Position numbers and translations under genes: made by a program
In this document: in pieces, positions 10,178-21,781 of the stretch
How the letters are laid out: each line of letters starts with the position of its first letter
Numbering within the stretch: the first letter of the stretch is position 1
Assembly (NCBI GenBank): GCA_963802945.1
Contig: CAWDKY010000017.1
Coordinates: forward strand, 288,001-352,000
DNA: 64,000 nucleotides
Reading direction: 5' to 3'
Source of the DNA: an uncultured delta proteobacterium
GTDB taxonomy: Bacteria; Desulfobacterota; RBG-13-43-22
The notes under the pieces: model-generated
Told to the model about the DNA's origin: nothing
The model's input: only the letters and a program-made list of their open reading frames with translations
Databases searched by the model: none

Positions 10178-10777
10178 TCATTCTATGGACGAAATGACCC
10201 GATGCCCTTTCTTTTCCAGGGCCTGGATGATCGGGTCCAAGGGGCACCGTTTTAAACGAAACAAATAGGACTTCTTTTGCCCTTTGCCTATCATTCCCAC
10301 ACTGATGATTTGCCCTCCTTTTTGATGGATGAGGCCCGAAACCTCCTCGAAGGCCTTTGGCCGGGCAGCGAGCTGAATATCCAGACGGGAACTGGCTTCC
10401 AAGACCCCCATCAGTTGAATAAAGGCCGCCAGAATATCCGGCGTGGTCAATATTCCAACCAATCTTCCTTTGTCAACGACCGGAAGCCCGCCGATTTTGT
10501 ATCGGTAGATCAAACGGGCGGCCTCTTCCAGTGATTCTTCCGGGCCGACGGTAACCGGGTTTTTAATCATGACCTGGTCGAGACGCATTTCTTTCATCAG
10601 GGAGGGGATCATGACCTGGCGAAGATCATTTTCAGTGATCAGTCCCATCAGGATTTTGCCTTCCACCACAGGAAGATGCCTGATGGAATATTTTTTCATC
10701 AAAGTCAAGGCTTCCATGATTTGGCCATTTTTTGAAATGGTCACCACTTTTTTAATCATCCAATTTTTAACTCGCAT
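10178..10777 (-). CDS. CBS-pair + ACT domain protein (AcuB-like)
   Basis: Two CBS domains (IRHLPVV, IGGLPVV) plus C-terminal ACT-like region. Confidence 0.88.
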   Translation of the reverse strand: MRVKNWMIKKVVTISKNGQIMEALTLMKKYSIRHLPVVEGKILMGLITENDLRQVMIPSLMKEMRLDQVMIKNPVTVGPEESLEEAARLIYRYKIGGLPVVDKGRLVGILTTPDILAAFIQLMGVLEASSRLDIQLAARPKAFEEVSGLIHQKGGQIISVGMIGKGQKKSYLFRLKRCPLDPIIQALEKKGHRVISSIE

Positions 10778-11006
10778 CGGCCCTCCTTAGTCATAACAGA
10801 GTTTAATCATTTTGGGGATCAAGGGTTCATTTTCATGTAGTTTTCACGTAGTTCACTTGGATCCTTTCCATCGCACCCGAACTTGATCCCCTTGACTATA
10901 TGTAATCCCTCACGGGAGACCCGTAGGGGGCATGAGAGTTTATAATATCATCATAGAAGATTCAGGACAATTTATCAAGGGAAAGGGGAGAAAGAGATCA
11001 GTTGAG

Positions 11007-11035
11007 TTGACATTCTGTGTATTTTAGGTTAAGTT
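11007..11035 (+). promoter_or_regulatory. Probable sigma70 promoter of the pyrG operon
   Basis: TTGACA-N17-TAAGTT about 40 nt upstream of the pyrG ATG. Confidence 0.5.
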
Positions 11036-11067
11036 CCTTCCAAATGGAAGGTAGGTAGGGGTTGTAA

Positions 11068-12711
<1,644 letters not shown>

Positions 12712-12726
12712 ACAGGCAGAATCCTA

Positions 12727-13562
12727 TTGAAAGAAATACAAATAAGAAACTGGAAGGTTGAAAAGGCCAGTCCGTTATCTGGTCATTGCCGGACCATGCG
12801 TCGTTGAAGATGAATCGACGACTGTGACGGTCGCTCGAGAACTTCATGGGATTCAGAAACGGCTGAACATCCCTCTGGTCTTTAAGGCTTCTTACGATAA
12901 AGCCAATCGAACTTCGATTCGAAGTTATCGAGGTCCCGGCCTAGAGGCAGGTCTGGACTCTTTTAAAGTTTATCCGAGACCGATTTGAACTTCCTGTTCT
13001 ATCCGATGTCCATCAAGTTAGCGAGATTGAAAAAGCCGTGCAGGTTCTGGATGTGATCCAGATACCGGCCTTTTTGTGCCGACAGACCGATCTCTTGACA
13101 GCTGCAGGCCGAACAGGCCTGCCGGTCAATGTCAAAAAAGGCCAATTTCTTTCTCCCTGGGATATGCGCTTTGTGGTGGAAAAAATCACTGAAACCGGAA
13201 ACGATCAGATCCTTTTAACCGAAAGGGGGACCACCTTCGGATATAACAATCTGGTGGTGGACATGAGGTCTTTCCCCATATTATCCAGTTTTGGTTATCC
13301 GGTCATCTTCGACGCCACCCATAGTGTCCAACTCCCCGGAGAGGGGCAAGGGGTTTCCGGAGGAGAGAGGAAGTTTGTCCCTTATCTGGCCAAAGCGGCA
13401 GTGGCGGCTGGTGTTCAAGGGGTCTTCCTGGAAGTTCATCCTGACCCGGGAAAAGCCCTGTGCGATGGGGCTAATTCCTGGCCATTGGATCAATTGGAAC
13501 CTCTTTTGCGTAACTTGATGTCGATTCATGAGGTAGTCCGAGAAAAAGAGAAGCTGGTATAA
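12727..13562 (+). CDS. kdsA: KDO8P synthase; two frameshifts (near 12775 and 12955)
   Basis: IAGPCVVE, KASYDKANRTS, QIPAFLCRQTDL, KKGQF, DATHSVQ, CDG spread across three frames. Confidence 0.92.
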
Positions 13563-13697
13563 GGTACGGGATACAAGTTATAAGGCTCCAGGTTTAAGGC
13601 AAAAAAGCCGTTTTTTTCCTAACAACTATTTCCGGAGGATCTGGTTTTCAATTCCTTTAACCTTGTATCCGGTACCTCGTTCTCTGTACCTTTCACC

Positions 13698-14246
13698 TTG
13701 GAACGAAAAAAACCGATGGATTCCATTTTCCGGAAGGCTAAAAAGATCAGGTTACTGTTGCTTGATGTGGATGGAATTTTGACCGATGGCCGGATACTTT
13801 ACAATGAAAAAGGCCAGGAGATCAAATGCTTTCACATTCAAGATGGCCAGGGAATCCGCTGGCTTCTGAGGGAAGGAGTCGAAGTGGGGTTTCTTTCCGG
13901 ACGTTCTTCTCGAGCCGTTGAAATGAGGGCCAGAGAACTGGGGGTTTCCTTTCTTTTTCAAGGGATCAAAGATAAGATAAAAATTTTTGAAAAACTCCTC
14001 CAAAAAACAAAACTTAACCCGAAGCAGGTTTCCTTTATGGGCGATGATTTTATGGATCTTCCACTGCTTAAAAAAGTCGGTCTTTCGATCAGCGTGAGTA
14101 ATGGCCATCCCCTGGTTCAGAAAAAAGTGGATTATGTTACCAGAACGGCTGGGGGCTTCGGGGCTGTGCGGGAAGTGTCTGAATTAATTCTCAGGGCTCA
14201 AGGGAAATGGGATTCCATCCTAAGAGACTATGGGTTTAAAAATTAA
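13698..14246 (+). CDS. kdsC: KDO8P phosphatase (HAD family)
   Basis: DVDGILTDG, MGDD..DLP, GG.GAVRE; position after kdsA. Confidence 0.95.
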   Translation: MERKKPMDSIFRKAKKIRLLLLDVDGILTDGRILYNEKGQEIKCFHIQDGQGIRWLLREGVEVGFLSGRSSRAVEMRARELGVSFLFQGIKDKIKIFEKLLQKTKLNPKQVSFMGDDFMDLPLLKKVGLSISVSNGHPLVQKKVDYVTRTAGGFGAVREVSELILRAQGKWDSILRDYGFKN

Positions 14247-14258
14247 AAACAGAATACA

Positions 14259-14864
14259 TTGATTGGGGGATTGGCTTTGTTTATTGTGGATCATGTGAAA
14301 AAAATAAAGAATATCCTGATCATTGGTATTCTTTGTGTGGTTGCTTTCTGGCTGGGTTTATACGCTTTCAGGACCCAGAAGCCGCCAACCCCGGTGCCCA
14401 AAGTTTCAAACGCCGGGACTACCCCCGGCAATGTCGGACTGCAACAGATCGATTTTGTTCAAGTTAAGAATGGGATTAAGTTGTGGGAACTGAAGGCCGA
14501 GGCGGTTGAATATCAGCAACCGAAGAACGTGGTCTCCTTTAAAAAGGTTACCCTAATCTATTTTCCTAAAGATGACAAACCGGTCAACCTAGTGGGGAAT
14601 CTGGGAAGTTTGGATACCAAAACGAAGAATATTTTCATTGAAGGGGAAGTGATCATTTCAACTTCGGATGGATATGAGCTTAAAGTCCCTTCCCTTTATT
14701 ATCGGGAGGACACAAAAGAGGTATCCTCGGAGGGGGATGTCTCTTTTAAAGGTCCTGATATTATCTTGGATGGTCAGGGGATGACCATGAACCTTGATTC
14801 CCAGAAAGTTTGGGTCAAGAAAAAGGTCAGAATGACACTTTTTCATTCTTTTTTTGTGTCTTGA
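14259..14864 (+). CDS. lptC: LPS export protein LptC
   Basis: Single TM followed by beta-jellyroll-like region; synteny kdsC-lptC-lptA-lptB. Confidence 0.85.
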   Translation: MIGGLALFIVDHVKKIKNILIIGILCVVAFWLGLYAFRTQKPPTPVPKVSNAGTTPGNVGLQQIDFVQVKNGIKLWELKAEAVEYQQPKNVVSFKKVTLIYFPKDDKPVNLVGNLGSLDTKTKNIFIEGEVIISTSDGYELKVPSLYYREDTKEVSSEGDVSFKGPDIILDGQGMTMNLDSQKVWVKKKVRMTLFHSFFVS

Positions 14865-14878
14865 TGAGGAGGGCGGAC

Positions 14879-15463
14879 ATGGCTTCATTAAGGAAGTTAT
14901 TCTTGGTTTTCATGACTATCACGGTCGTGGGATCAGGATTTTTTGTACCGCAATGGGGATTTGGGAAAAACAAAGATTCCTCAGAAACACCCCGGCCTAT
15001 TGTAACGACTGCCGACACCCTGGAATTGGACAATAAAAATAAAATAGCTACTTTTTCAGGAAACGTCGTGGCCAAACAGGAACAACAGGGGAAAGAGCCC
15101 ATCATCATTTATTGCAATAAAATGGTAATTTATTCCATTGAGGAAACCGGCAAGAAACCTTCTTCCTCTTCGTCAAAAGAGAGCGAAAAAAAGAATCTAA
15201 TCCAACAGAACCAGGTGGACAAGATTGTGGCCAGCGGCCAGGTCAAGATTCTTCAGGGCAAAGACGTGGCTACAGGAGAAACGGCCATTTTTTACAACGC
15301 CGATCAAAAAATCGTCTTGTCAGGTAACCCAAAAGTCTGGCAGGGAAAGAACCTGATCAAAGGAGAGGAGATCACCGTCTGGATAAAGGAAAACAGAAGC
15401 CTGGTCACCAGTAAGGGGTCCAACCGCGTGCAGGCGGTGATCTATCAAGAAGAAGAAAAATGA
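14879..15463 (+). CDS. lptA: LPS transport periplasmic protein LptA
   Basis: Signal peptide, A.FSGNVVAKQ, LSGNPKVWQG.N.I.G OstA motifs. Confidence 0.9.
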   Translation: MASLRKLFLVFMTITVVGSGFFVPQWGFGKNKDSSETPRPIVTTADTLELDNKNKIATFSGNVVAKQEQQGKEPIIIYCNKMVIYSIEETGKKPSSSSSKESEKKNLIQQNQVDKIVASGQVKILQGKDVATGETAIFYNADQKIVLSGNPKVWQGKNLIKGEEITVWIKENRSLVTSKGSNRVQAVIYQEEEK

Positions 15464-16186
15464 AAAAGTTAGCCGTTCGGGACTTGGTAAAAATATATCA
15501 TAGAAAACCAGTGGTCAACAAAGTCAGCCTGCAGCTGGCCGAGGGGGAGATCGTCGGTTTATTGGGGCCGAACGGTGCGGGCAAAACGACCACCTTTTAT
15601 ATGATAGTCGGCCTGACCCGCCCCGACCAGGGAACTATTTTATTAAACGAGGAAAGTATTAGTGAACTCCCCATGTATCTTAGGGCCCGGAAAGGTATCA
15701 ATTATCTTCCCCAGGAACCTTCGGTTTTTACCCGGCTGACTGTGGCTGAAAATATAATGGCTATTTTGGAAACCCTGGATATTTCAACAATCGAACGGGA
15801 AAACCGTTTGGCCGATCTTCTTCAGGAACTCAAACTGACCCATCTGGCCCATCATAAAGCCTATTCCCTTTCTGGTGGTGAACGGAGGCGGGTGGAGATT
15901 ACACGCGGCCTTAGTCACTTCACCTTCTTTTATCTTGCTCGATGAACCTTTTGCCGGGATCGATCCTCTGGCCATCAATGATATCCAGAACATCATTGAG
16001 ACCTTGAAAGTCAAGAATATCGGAATTCTGATTTCCGATCACAACGTACGTGAAACTCTTTCGGTTTGTGACCGGGCCTATATCATTAATGAGGGGGTGG
16101 TCCTGGAAGAAGGGACTCCCCAGGAGCTGGCTGAAAGCGAGACGGCTCGAAAAATTTATCTTGGAGAAAAGTTTCAATTACCCTGA
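15460..16186 (+). CDS. lptB: LPS export ABC transporter ATPase; frameshift near 15907
   Basis: GPNGAGKTT, LSGGERRRVEI, then LLDEPFAGIDP, SDHNVRE in the next frame. Confidence 0.95.
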
Positions 16187-17691
16187 TGGCCCTAGAGATC
16201 AAACAACAACTTAAGCTGACCCAGCAGTTGATCATGACCCCTCAACTGCAACAGGCCATCAAACTGCTGCAGCTGTCCCGGTTAGAGCTCCTGGATAGCC
16301 TTCATCAAGAATTGGAGGCCAATCCGGTTTTGGAAGAGGCCTTAAACGAGGATCTGGAGTCTACCCAGACGGAAAAGGCCCCGGGAGAACCGGAGGACGA
16401 ACCGGAAGATCGACAGGCCGAGGTGACTATCGGGGAACAAGCCTTTGAAGGTACGGATTGGGACAATTACATCAATGACTATTATACCCCACGAAGTGAA
16501 GACATTTCAGAAGACCGAGAGCTCTCTTCTTATGAAAATATGGTCTCCAAAAAGGCCTCATTGGCCGATCATCTTATGTGGCAGCTTTCACTTTCCAATT
16601 TGACCCCGGAAGAAGAAACGGTCGGTGCGGAGATTATAGGAAATTTGGATGTTAATGGTTATCTGACGGCTTCCTTGGAAGAGATTTCCCAGAGCACTCA
16701 TCGGGAAACGGCCTTTGTGGAAAAGGTTTTGCTGCGCATTCAGGAGTTTGATCCCCTTGGAGTGGCCTCCCGAGATCTCAAAGAGTGCCTGCTTATCCAG
16801 GCCAGGTATCTTAACAGCCAAAATCCCTGGGTGGAATTGATTATCATGGACCATTTGAATTTGCTGGAAACTAAAAATTATTTGGCTATTGCCCGAATCT
16901 TACAGGCCCCGATCGAAGAGATTATTCCGGCCATAGAAATTATTTTACATCTGGATCCTAAGCCAGGTCAGCTCTATAGCGACGAAGAGGCTCAATATAT
17001 CAGTCCTGATATTTATGTTTATAAAATCGGGGAGGAGGTTCATGTTGTCCTGAATGAAGACGGTCTTCCCCGCTTGAGAATCAATGCCTTTTATAAGAAG
17101 GCCCTGGGTCAACGGGGATTCGTTTCGGAAGCAACACGAGACTATATTCAAGACAAGCTGCGTTCGGCCATTTGGTTAATCAAGAGTATTCATCAACGAC
17201 AACGGACCATTTATCTGGTGGCCGAAAGCATTTTTAAATTTCAACGGGAATTTTTAGATTACGGTGTTTCCCACTTGAAACCCTTAATCTTAAAAGATGT
17301 TGCCGAAGAGGTCCAAATGCATGAATCGACTATCAGCCGGGTCACCACCAATAAGTATGTCTATACTCCCCAGGGCATTTATGAATTGAAATTTTTCTTC
17401 AATAGTTCTGTGGCTGGGGCTAATGGAGAAACCGTTGCCTCAGAAAGTGTCAAGGAAAGGATACGACTTTTAATCGCCCACGAGGATCCAACACACCCCC
17501 TGAGTGACCAAGAACTTACCGAACTCCTTATGAAGGAAAATATATTTCTGGCCCGTCGGACCGTGGCCAAATATCGGGAAGCCCTAAGAGTCCTTCCATC
17601 CAATAAACGAAAAAATATCCCTATCCAGCAGTGGATGAATTCCAAAAAGATGAAAGTGTTAGAAGCAACCAAGGTGGAGAACGAAGAGTAA
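16186..17691 (+). CDS. rpoN: RNA polymerase sigma-54 factor
   Basis: PQLQQAIKLLQL, HESTISR, RpoN box ARRTVAKYRE. Confidence 0.99.
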   Translation: MALEIKQQLKLTQQLIMTPQLQQAIKLLQLSRLELLDSLHQELEANPVLEEALNEDLESTQTEKAPGEPEDEPEDRQAEVTIGEQAFEGTDWDNYINDYYTPRSEDISEDRELSSYENMVSKKASLADHLMWQLSLSNLTPEEETVGAEIIGNLDVNGYLTASLEEISQSTHRETAFVEKVLLRIQEFDPLGVASRDLKECLLIQARYLNSQNPWVELIIMDHLNLLETKNYLAIARILQAPIEEIIPAIEIILHLDPKPGQLYSDEEAQYISPDIYVYKIGEEVHVVLNEDGLPRLRINAFYKKALGQRGFVSEATRDYIQDKLRSAIWLIKSIHQRQRTIYLVAESIFKFQREFLDYGVSHLKPLILKDVAEEVQMHESTISRVTTNKYVYTPQGIYELKFFFNSSVAGANGETVASESVKERIRLLIAHEDPTHPLSDQELTELLMKENIFLARRTVAKYREALRVLPSNKRKNIPIQQWMNSKKMKVLEATKVENEE

Positions 17692-17710
17692 CAGAAAATA
17701 GGAGGTCCTT

Positions 17711-18253
17711 ATGCAAATTTCTGTATCTTTCCGGAATGTAGATCCATCGGATCATTTGAAAAGCTATGCAGAAAATCGAATGGCACGTTTTAAAAAATAT
17801 ATGGAAGAGCCGATAGAAATTCACCTAGTTCTTTCCATTCAAAAGTTTAGGCATACAGCCGATGTGACTATCTCGGCTAATGGAATAAAAATCAAAGCCC
17901 AGGGAGAAACGGGCGACTTATATTCGGCCATCGATATGGTTTTAGATAAAATAGAAAAACAAATTAAAAGACATCGAGAAAAGATCAAAGAACATAAACC
18001 GGAGGGCAAAGCCAAGGGTCAGGACAAGGTGAAAAAAAGGGGTGAGAAGAGAGAAACCGAGGCAGTCGATTCCCCCCAGATTGTGAGGACCGAAAGGGTC
18101 CTGGTTAAACCCATGGATGCGGAAGAAGCTTCTTTGCAACTTAAGCTGTCGAATAGTGGATTTCTGGTTTTTACCAATTCCAAAACCCGTCTGATTAATG
18201 TTTTATATCGCCGAAAAGATGGAAATTTCGGATTGATTGAGCCGACGAGTTGA
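17711..18253 (+). CDS. hpf: Ribosome hibernation promoting factor (long HPF)
   Basis: DLYSAID...KIEKQ and C-terminal KPM..EEA..YRRKDGNFGLIEP; directly downstream of rpoN. Confidence 0.93.
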   Translation: MQISVSFRNVDPSDHLKSYAENRMARFKKYMEEPIEIHLVLSIQKFRHTADVTISANGIKIKAQGETGDLYSAIDMVLDKIEKQIKRHREKIKEHKPEGKAKGQDKVKKRGEKRETEAVDSPQIVRTERVLVKPMDAEEASLQLKLSNSGFLVFTNSKTRLINVLYRRKDGNFGLIEPTS

Positions 18254-18254
18254 T

Positions 18255-18716
18255 ATGAAAATTTGCCAATATTTAACTCCTGATTTAATCCTGCCGGACC
18301 TGAAGGCCCGGAATAAGGAAGGGGTGTTGACGGAACTGGCTGATTGGATCGTTGATCGAGTCCCCGGCATGAAAGCCGGGGAGGCCCTTCAGGTTTTACT
18401 GGACCGGGAACGTTTGGGTAGTACTGGAATTGGGGAGGGGTTTGCCATTCCTCACGGAAAATTGAAAACCCTTGAGCGGATGGTCATTGCTTTTGGCCGA
18501 TCATACCAAGGGATCCCCTTTGATTCTTTAGATGGAAAATCGGCTTTTTATTTTTTTGTTTTGATAGCTCCGGAGGATTCCGCCGGACTTCATTTAAAGG
18601 CCTTGGCCAAGATTTCCCGTTTTATGAAAAACAACTCCTTCAAGGAGAGTCTTTTTCGGGCTTCTAATCGAGAGGAGTTGCAAAAGGTTATTCAGAAACA
18701 AGATGATTTGATATAA
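18255..18716 (+). CDS. ptsN: PTS IIA-like nitrogen regulatory protein
   Basis: RERLGSTGIGEGFAIPHG motif; rpoN operon context. Confidence 0.9.
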   Translation: MKICQYLTPDLILPDLKARNKEGVLTELADWIVDRVPGMKAGEALQVLLDRERLGSTGIGEGFAIPHGKLKTLERMVIAFGRSYQGIPFDSLDGKSAFYFFVLIAPEDSAGLHLKALAKISRFMKNNSFKESLFRASNREELQKVIQKQDDLI

Positions 18717-18813
18717 AAAGGTTCAAGGGCCTGCGACGAGCTCAGCCGAGACGGTCAAGAGATCGAGCGGAACCCAAGGCCTGGCTTCTTGTTGTTATAC
18801 ATTGGGGAATGGA

Positions 18814-19686
18814 ATGCCAACAAAGAGTATCCGCTTGGTGGTCATTACTGGCTTATCCGGATCGGGCAAGAGTACGGCCCTGAAGGCCTTTGAGGATATT
18901 GGATTTTTCTGTATTGACAATCTGCCGGCCACCTTGCTTCCCCGTTTCTTAGAGTTGAGAGATCAAATATCCAGGGAGGTCTTTAAAATTGCCTTGGTCA
19001 TGGACCTCCGGGGAAAAGATTTTTTGACCAATTTCCCCAAGATTTTCCAGGAAGTCAAACGAAAAGGATATATCGTTGAAGTGTTATATTTGGAGGCCGA
19101 AGAAGAGATTTTAATCCGTCGTTTCAGCCAGACCCGGCGCCATCATCCTCTTGGAAACCATCGGACCATTTCGGACACCATCCGCCTGGAAAGAAAGAAG
19201 ATGGAACCTATCAAGCGTTTGGCGACTTTCTGCCTGGATACCAGCCATCTCAATGTGCATCAACTTCGGGAAGAAATCCTTCGGCTTTTTTCCAAGGTGG
19301 CTCAGCCGATTAAGATGACTATGAACCTAATCTCTTTCGGCTATAAATACGGCCTGCCCAATGAAGCCGATATCGTTATGGATGTACGTTTTCTGCCCAA
19401 CCCCTTTTTTGTTGCGGAATTGAAGGAAATGGACGGGAATCAAAAACCGGTCGTCGATTATGTGATGAAATGGAAGGAGACCAAGGTTTTTTTAAAAGAC
19501 TTTTACGAATTGATTTCTTTTCTGATTCCTCAATACCAGAAGGAAGGAAAATCACAACTCACCATTGCCGTGGGCTGCACAGGGGGAAGGCACCGTTCCG
19601 TTACTATAGTCAATGCATTATCTGATTTATTAAAAAAGCAGGAACTTTTACTCAATATTTACCATCGGGATATTCGGTTAGGGTAG
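18814..19686 (+). CDS. rapZ: RNase adapter / P-loop protein RapZ (YvcJ)
   Basis: TGLSGSGKS, DNLP, SFGYKYG, DVRFLPNP, GCTGGRHRSV. Confidence 0.95.
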   Translation: MPTKSIRLVVITGLSGSGKSTALKAFEDIGFFCIDNLPATLLPRFLELRDQISREVFKIALVMDLRGKDFLTNFPKIFQEVKRKGYIVEVLYLEAEEEILIRRFSQTRRHHPLGNHRTISDTIRLERKKMEPIKRLATFCLDTSHLNVHQLREEILRLFSKVAQPIKMTMNLISFGYKYGLPNEADIVMDVRFLPNPFFVAELKEMDGNQKPVVDYVMKWKETKVFLKDFYELISFLIPQYQKEGKSQLTIAVGCTGGRHRSVTIVNALSDLLKKQELLLNIYHRDIRLG

Positions 19687-19704
19687 GTTGGAGGCAACAG
19701 GACT

Positions 19705-20112
19705 ATGATTGGAATTGTTATTGTAACCCATTGTAACCTGGGTCAGGAACTTATACGTTCGGCGGAGTTTATTACGGGAAAGTTCAGCCAGGCCCGAGCG
19801 GTTTCTCTTAATCCAGAAGACCAAGAGGGGGCTCTGTGGGGCAAGATTTCCGAGGCTATCGAAAAGGTGGATACCGGGGGTGGGGTTATCCTTCTCACGG
19901 ATATGTTTGGTGGAACCCCATCCAATATCTGCCTTTCTTTTTTAACCGACGGAAAGGTTGAGGTGGTTACCGGGGTAAATCTGCCCATGTTGATCGGTCT
20001 GATTTCAAAAAGGGAAGGGGAATCCTTAAATCAAGTCGCTCGGGAGATCAAGGATTATGGCCTACGCAGTATTGCTTTGGCGGGAGAGATTTTGAAAAAG
20101 GAGGCCAAATAA
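19705..20112 (+). CDS. PTS mannose/fructose-family IIA component
   Basis: IVIVTH, LTDMFGGTPSN, GVNLPML. Confidence 0.92.
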   Translation: MIGIVIVTHCNLGQELIRSAEFITGKFSQARAVSLNPEDQEGALWGKISEAIEKVDTGGGVILLTDMFGGTPSNICLSFLTDGKVEVVTGVNLPMLIGLISKREGESLNQVAREIKDYGLRSIALAGEILKKEAK

Positions 20113-20123
20113 AGGAGTTATCT

Positions 20124-20564
20124 TTGATCCTTCATCCCGCTCAACTGGAAGACCTTTCAGATCTGTTAGTTATTGAGTCGGCCTCTTTTATTCAACCTTG
20201 GTCGGAAGCACTTTTTCTGTCTGAGCTGATGAAGTCTCCCCCCAGTATTTATGTGGCCCGACGGGATTCTCAAAGCCCTGTCGTAGGGTATATTTGTTTC
20301 TGGTCGGTGGCCGATGAAATTCAATTGCATAATCTCGCTGTCCATCCCGACTGTCGCCGTCAGGGAGTAGGCCGCCGTTTATTAACTTTTCTTTTAACCC
20401 AGGCCCAAGAAAAAAGAACCCCAAAAGTGTTTTTAGAAGTCCGGCCTTCCAATCGGATCGCTATAGCCCTATATCGCTCTCTCGGGTTTAGGATCCTTTA
20501 TAGACGTCCCGGCTATTATGCCCCATCAAGAGAAGACGCCCTGGTGATGAAATGGTCCGGTTAA
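20124..20564 (+). CDS. rimI: Ribosomal protein S18 alanine N-acetyltransferase (GNAT)
   Basis: NLAVHP..RRQG.G, LEVRPSN..A..LY..LGF, R.GYY...EDA.VM. Confidence 0.9.
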   Translation: MILHPAQLEDLSDLLVIESASFIQPWSEALFLSELMKSPPSIYVARRDSQSPVVGYICFWSVADEIQLHNLAVHPDCRRQGVGRRLLTFLLTQAQEKRTPKVFLEVRPSNRIAIALYRSLGFRILYRRPGYYAPSREDALVMKWSG

Positions 20565-20779
20565 CAAGCTTATGAAAAACGCTCATCTGTCCCGCCATAA
20601 GCGGGATTGCCCTCATCCCTCCCCGCCTTTCGGCGGGGCAGGCTTATTCCGACGTACCTCTATGTACGACTCATTCCTCTGGATTTCTTCGCGTAAAAGG
20701 CAACGCTCAGTCCCACCCCTTCAGGGCGGGTTCCCGGTTTCGGGCGCCTTGCATCTCAACGTTTTTAATCACCCTGTTA
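20562..20779. mobile_element. MITE/REP-like element with nested hairpins
   Basis: Imperfect terminal inverted repeats (15 of 19 nt match) enclosing four GC-rich hairpins; no convincing coding capacity. Confidence 0.55.
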
Positions 20780-20805
20780 CAAACAAGCTTTTTTTGCTAT
20801 AATTA

Positions 20806-21137
20806 CTATATTCGTTCCCAATGTTCGGGGATCCAATATTGTTCAAAATTCCCATTTGAGCCGTAGTTTTCTACCCAATGCCCAGGAACCCATCGTTCCC
20901 GAGTGGAGGGAGGCTGGGAAGACGAGCTATTAAAAGCGGGGAGATTATACGCCCGAACAGGGTGGTAATCGTTATCATAGTTTCTTGGAGGATGAAAAAT
21001 TTGGCCCAGGGGGATGGCCGATCCTACCCCAATAGCTCGCCCGACCAGAAATGATTCGGTCCGGCAAAGGCCGTGGTGACGGCAAATAATGTAACGGTCA
21101 AGCACAGGATCAAGCAAATGACAGTCGCTTTTTTCAT
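20806..21137 (-). CDS. Small secreted protein with WxPGHW-type repeats; frameshift near 21038
   Basis: ATG 21137 gives signal peptide MKKATVICLILCLTVTLFAVTTAFA; one-base shift continues AIGVGSAI...WVPGHW...WIPEHW. Confidence 0.6.
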
Positions 21138-21205
21138 GGCCTTTTCTTCTTTTCTTTTTTAAATTTTGACCTGGCTTAAAGAGAAAAGGCAAAAAAAACC
21201 ATTTT

Positions 21206-21231
21206 TAACTATTTGTTTGTTTTTTTGTCTA
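21206..21231 (+). promoter_or_regulatory. Candidate ECF-sigma autoregulatory promoter
   Basis: TAACT-N16-GTCTA just upstream of the ECF sigma gene, like the AAC...GTCT ECF consensus. Confidence 0.4.
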
Positions 21232-21249
21232 TAATAAGTAAAAACACAT

Positions 21250-21774
21250 ATGACCGATGACCAGTTAGTCGAGCGGGTGAAAAATGGGGATCCCCAGGCC
21301 TTTGAAGAGCTGGTTATCCGGCATCAGAAGTCCTTATATTATTTTGTGTTAAGGGTATTGAAGAACCCCTTGGATGCGGAAGATACGGTCCAAAAAATAT
21401 TTTGGCTGGCTCATAAAAATATCAAAGGATTCCGGGCAGATGCAACTTTCAAGACCTGGTTATATCGAATTGGCATCAATCAATGCCATAATTTTTTTCG
21501 TCAGAAAAAAATTCGGGACACTATCTCTGTAGACGATATCCCGATAACCGATTCAAAAGCTGACCAGGAGAGAGATGTATCAGACAAAGAAAGGTTGGCC
21601 CATCTTCAGAAGGCCGTGGAACGTCTTCCTAATAAACAACGAATGGTGGTGACCTTGAGGATCGACCAGGAACTCTCATTTGAAGAGATTGGAAAGGTCC
21701 TCAATATCAGGGCCAATTCAGCCAAGGTCAACTTTCACCATGCTGTAGAAAAATTAAAAAAGTGGATAAAATAG
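21250..21774 (+). CDS. ECF-family RNA polymerase sigma factor
   Basis: GD..AFEELV, DAEDTVQ, FKTWLYRIGIN, region 4 (LP.KQR..SFEEIG..L). Confidence 0.95.
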   Translation: MTDDQLVERVKNGDPQAFEELVIRHQKSLYYFVLRVLKNPLDAEDTVQKIFWLAHKNIKGFRADATFKTWLYRIGINQCHNFFRQKKIRDTISVDDIPITDSKADQERDVSDKERLAHLQKAVERLPNKQRMVVTLRIDQELSFEEIGKVLNIRANSAKVNFHHAVEKLKKWIK

Positions 21775-21781
21775 AAAAAAG

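Noticed and set aside
12940-12990. Programmed ribosomal frameshift in kdsA (or lptB)
   Set aside because: No precedent known to me for these genes, no clear slippery site with stimulator, and similar indels occur across unrelated genes.
13563-13697. Absence of kdsD between kdsA and kdsC
   Set aside because: No remnant visible, only heptamer arrays; the gene may be elsewhere, which cannot be judged from this window.
18718-18772. Short octamer/REP-like remnant between ptsN and rapZ
   Set aside because: Too short and degenerate to define boundaries or an inverted partner.
20572-20802. 76 aa ORF after rimI
   Set aside because: Lies almost wholly within the palindromic MITE-like element; no RBS or protein-like features.
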